Assembly (NCBI GenBank): GCA_008632985.1 | Contig: QPGO01000025.1 | Span: 124,001-188,000, forward strand | Reading direction: 5' to 3' | Origin: Psammoneis japonica | Taxonomy: Eukaryota | DNA length: 64,000 nucleotides | In this document: positions 60,830-64,000 of the stretch, in pieces | Layout of the letters: every line of letters begins with the position of its first letter | How positions within the stretch are numbered: position 1 is the first letter of the stretch | Notes under the pieces: model-generated | Databases searched by the model: none | The model's input: the letters and a program-made list of their open reading frames with translations, nothing else | Told to the model about the DNA's origin: nothing | Program-made: the position numbers and the translations under genes

Positions 60830-61990
60830 TTTTGTTCTGCGCCTTCGCACGAATCCCGCCAGTCGTCGCGCTCCTGACAGCGGCGACACTCTCCGATTGC
60901 AATGCGATTGTTGGTGTCTCACTGTGTTGCTTCTGTTGTGTGGCCATTGCTGCACAGCTGCAGCAGCTCTCTCAGGCTGTGCACTTTTGGCTGTGTGCCT
61001 CCTGCCCAGGTCTCAGGTCCCCAGCTCACGTGCAGCAGAACCTCGCGCCGCTCTGTCACCTGCCACCAGCTTAGAAGAATGAAAGCTCTCTCCACTCTGT
61101 CTCTTGCACCCATCCCCTTTGGTTGAAACCTGTGCCTTTGGCTAGAGCAGATGTGCACACAGTGCCACGACCTTTCGTGTGCTCTTTGGAGGGTGCTGTG
61201 AGCACAGTGTGTCGCAGCACACAGTGACTGGGTCACAGCAAGCTGCCCTGGAAATTGTGCACCAAGGCAAAGGGCAACAACCCAAGCTTTTCCAACAAAC
61301 AGCCGCTGTTGTGGGCACTTCTGCAAAAGCTCTCTCCCAGCGCTCCTCTTTGCAGAGCCCAGTGTGCTGCTCCATTGCCTGGCAGGTGCTGCATTTTCTT
61401 CAGGCCCAGATGTGCAAGGTTTGTTTTTGCTTTTTCTGTCTCAATTCCCCCCCAGTGTGTGTTGTTTGCAAAACATGCCAGCTGCCACATCCAGAGCAGC
61501 AAAACCCAAGCTCTTCCAAGTTCCCCAGCCTTGTCTTTCCGGGCATGTGATGGGAAGCCAGTTGCAGCAAACTCAAAGCACCTGGCAAATCTTGTCTTGA
61601 GGAGTCCTTCATTTCAAGGTGGCTTTTTTCTTGTTGCAGTCACCTCCACAGGATGCAAATTTCTCGGCATTGCTTTGAATGCTGACAGCTCTCTCCAGAA
61701 CTTCCTCCAGTGGCCAGGGCTGTCTGCTCAAGACTGAGTTCCACGTGTGAAAAGAAAGCACATTTTTTTGGCTGGGACTGGTGGAATTTCTTGTTGCTTG
61801 TTCCCTGGGCATTGCAAGGATGGCTTTTTGTAGAGAAAGGGGAAGCCGCAATCAAGGTGACAGCACAAACAGCAAGTTCGACAACATGATGTGTACCGGA
61901 AGCATGTAGAACAACAAACATGTGTGGGCTGCTGTGTTCGTGTAGTTTTTGTCTGTCTGGCTGTCTTGTTGACATTGAACTCAAACTGAG
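60830..61990. other. TpA-depleted repeat domain 6 (~1.1 kb decayed insert)
   Basis: Short TG/CA-rich block between two normal genes, with TA reappearing gradually at both edges. Confidence 0.8.
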
Positions 61991-62092
61991 CATGGTAGCG
62001 ATGACAATAAATTGCCTACTTCATCATCGCAGCAGCTATTCTCTAGAGTACGTTGCAAGTGTCATGCTCAAGTAGTGCCCTCCAAACAACCT

Positions 62093-63042
62093 CTAGTAAT
62101 CCAACAGCAAATTCAACTCCTCACACGTAACTTCAACGTCGCCCATTCCAACCAAAGATCGATTGCCTTCTGTTGAATACTCGATTTCTGGTTCAGGTAA
62201 TCCCACGTTTGCTTTCACTTCAAGTTTGACTTTCCATTGTTAGTGAGAGGCAGCTGCTTCGTAACAAATATCCCTTCCGCTACATTGATTGGGCTCAGTC
62301 TCTCCGTTCGAAAGCCTACCTTTGCATAAGCCTTCATTGTACCAAGATCCACAGCTGCCCGAAAACGGAGCCTTGTCACCAAATCTTCCATGGGGCCACC
62401 AACGCTGAGCTGCCATGATTTCTTCAGTTGAAGTTCTCGTCCTTTAAGAGTAAGCTTGCCACCAATAATATCATCTTGCCAGCTGCTTTTGAACTGCCAT
62501 ACTCCCAACTGGGTATTGAATTCGGCTCCCAATCGCACAATTGTCTTGAGCGGGTAAAATGACTTTCGCAGTTTAATAGTAGTTGTAGGTTCACACTTGA
62601 TTCGTATTGTCGGCCTTTTCTCGGAATGCCACCAGTCCTGAACAGATTGAAACACACCTGGTTTGCGTGTGCTCGGAACTGTTGAACGGTACGAACGCCG
62701 TGTCGAACTTGAACTGTTTATTGTGTCCCGCCCTATTTTGTGACTTCGTCGCTTCTTGCGTCTCGACGGTAAAATATCACTTTCGTCCCAGCGAGAAGAG
62801 TAGGGGAGGTCGGGTGGTGAAGAGCTGCTTTCCTGTCCTCCTCGCGTGTTGAACACATCCCTCGTGTCAAAAACGTCAAATTCGCGCCCAATTCCCAACC
62901 ATCTGTCTTCATATTCATCATCCTTGTCGTGTTCGTATGGACGCCCGGGCAAGTTTCGTCTCGATGATGGCGTTTTGGCAATCACCAACGTTGTCAAGCA
63001 AAAGCTCACCGCCGGCGAGATCCATCTTTTTCGAGACAACAT
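62093..63042 (-). CDS. Hypothetical protein with an N-terminal targeting peptide and a beta-strand-rich C-terminal domain; 1-nt frameshift at ~62232
   Basis: ORF 62215-63042 continues in another frame as VKLEVKANVGLPEPEIEYSTEGNRSLVGMGDVEVTCEELNLLLDY* if one A is added to an A run. Confidence 0.75.
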
Positions 63043-63486
63043 ACCGTTGTGTTTTACAAGATTGAAGATGATACAGTGTTCGTTTCAGGTTCAGTTTCCT
63101 CACACTTCCAATAACTGCGAACAGATGCAGTTCTGTTATGCTCGTGGAAAGCAACAAGTTGTGATGCCTTCAAACACTGTCAACGTCTTTGACAACACGA
63201 AGGCAAAGCGGCAGAATGATAAGGAGGGGCGCCCAACTCCACAATCAACAACCCAAACGCCAAACGCACGCGTAAACGCGCTTGCTGTTGCCGCCAGCGG
63301 CCAGCGCACGCGCCGCAAGCGAAAAGAGATCTCAGAAGACGAAATGGTAATCGGAAATGGAGAGATGAACACCAGCAAGCGTCAAACTAGGTTATACATT
63401 AAAAAACCCTATTTCCTCGCATTTCATTGTGTATTGGTTTACTACTCTTGTTGCAGCAACAGCATTCAGCTGCTCTACATTCATCT

Positions 63487-63996
63487 TCAATCGTCGCTGC
63501 AATAGTCGTCACCCTTGATTGTCTTTTCTACAAGTTTCAACAATTTGGTGGGTACCTCGTCACCACATTCCCATTCAAAGCACCCATCGCAACTTGAAAC
63601 GACCGTCTCGAAGGCATCGTCATTTTTCGATGACGATCGGAGCAGATACCCTGATTGGTTGCCACCAAAGACTGCATACCAGTAGTAAAATGTAACAGCT
63701 CCCACCTTTTCGCTGTTTGTCACCTCCAACTCCTTGTAACCCATAATACCATTATCAAGGTAACGATCCTTGAAACAATCTTGAATCGTCTTTGCATCAC
63801 CCCAGTAGCAGTCCTTCATGACGTGACCCAACTGCGCAATCTGCGCTTGATCAAGTTGAGATTCCTTTCGAATCGTCTGCTCCTTCCGAACCCCAAGCAC
63901 GATTCCGACACCTCGGGAAAGCTCTCCCTCCAAGACTTTGTAGTCATCGTTTGCACTCATATCAATTGTCCCAGCGACTTCTCTTGGCTGTCGCAA
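63487..63996 (-). CDS. Hypothetical protein (first ATG at 63960; frame open to the window edge)
   Basis: Normal-composition ORF of ~160 aa with Tyr codons and no recognised domain. Confidence 0.6.
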   Translation of the reverse strand: MRQPREVAGTIDMSANDDYKVLEGELSRGVGIVLGVRKEQTIRKESQLDQAQIAQLGHVMKDCYWGDAKTIQDCFKDRYLDNGIMGYKELEVTNSEKVGAVTFYYWYAVFGGNQSGYLLRSSSKNDDAFETVVSSCDGCFEWECGDEVPTKLLKLVEKTIKGDDYCSDD

Positions 63997-64000
63997 GCGA

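Noticed and set aside
1330..61990. Classical fungal RIP or plain CpG methylation decay as a full explanation
   Set aside because: RIP creates TpA, and CpG decay does not remove TpA. Here TpA is lost even where CpG survives.

Overview
Eukaryotic nuclear DNA, most likely from a pennate diatom (short 79-97 nt GT-AG introns, diatom-type Copia and LINE remnants, typical stramenopile genes). The window is a mosaic of two sequence states. Normal gene islands (about 16.3-17.8, 24.75-27.1, 38.3-46.4, 48.3-52.25, 55.45-60.8 and 62-64 kb) carry a fasciclin, a CCT protein, an LRR-cap protein, an MFS sugar porter, an alpha-CA-like protein, RPT2, PCCA, mitoferrin, APC10, a tandem AAA ATPase and two hypothetical proteins. 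They alternate with sharply bounded transposon/repeat domains in which TpA is almost absent and CpG is reduced, both converted to TpG/CpA. A ~450 bp inverted copy of the fasciclin 3' end (5026-5472, source 16047-16494) fixes the direction of change. By eye, 11 of 16 aligned TpA sites became TpG or CpA in the copy inside the repeat domain, and almost nothing else changed apart from CpG. This points to a regional, RIP-like TpA A>G (equivalently T>C) hypermutation process acting on transposon DNA. I do not recognise it as a described system. One decayed repeat segment also carries a DOT1-like methyltransferase next to a PhyH-like 2OG-Fe dioxygenase. All counts and alignments were made by eye and no database searches were run.
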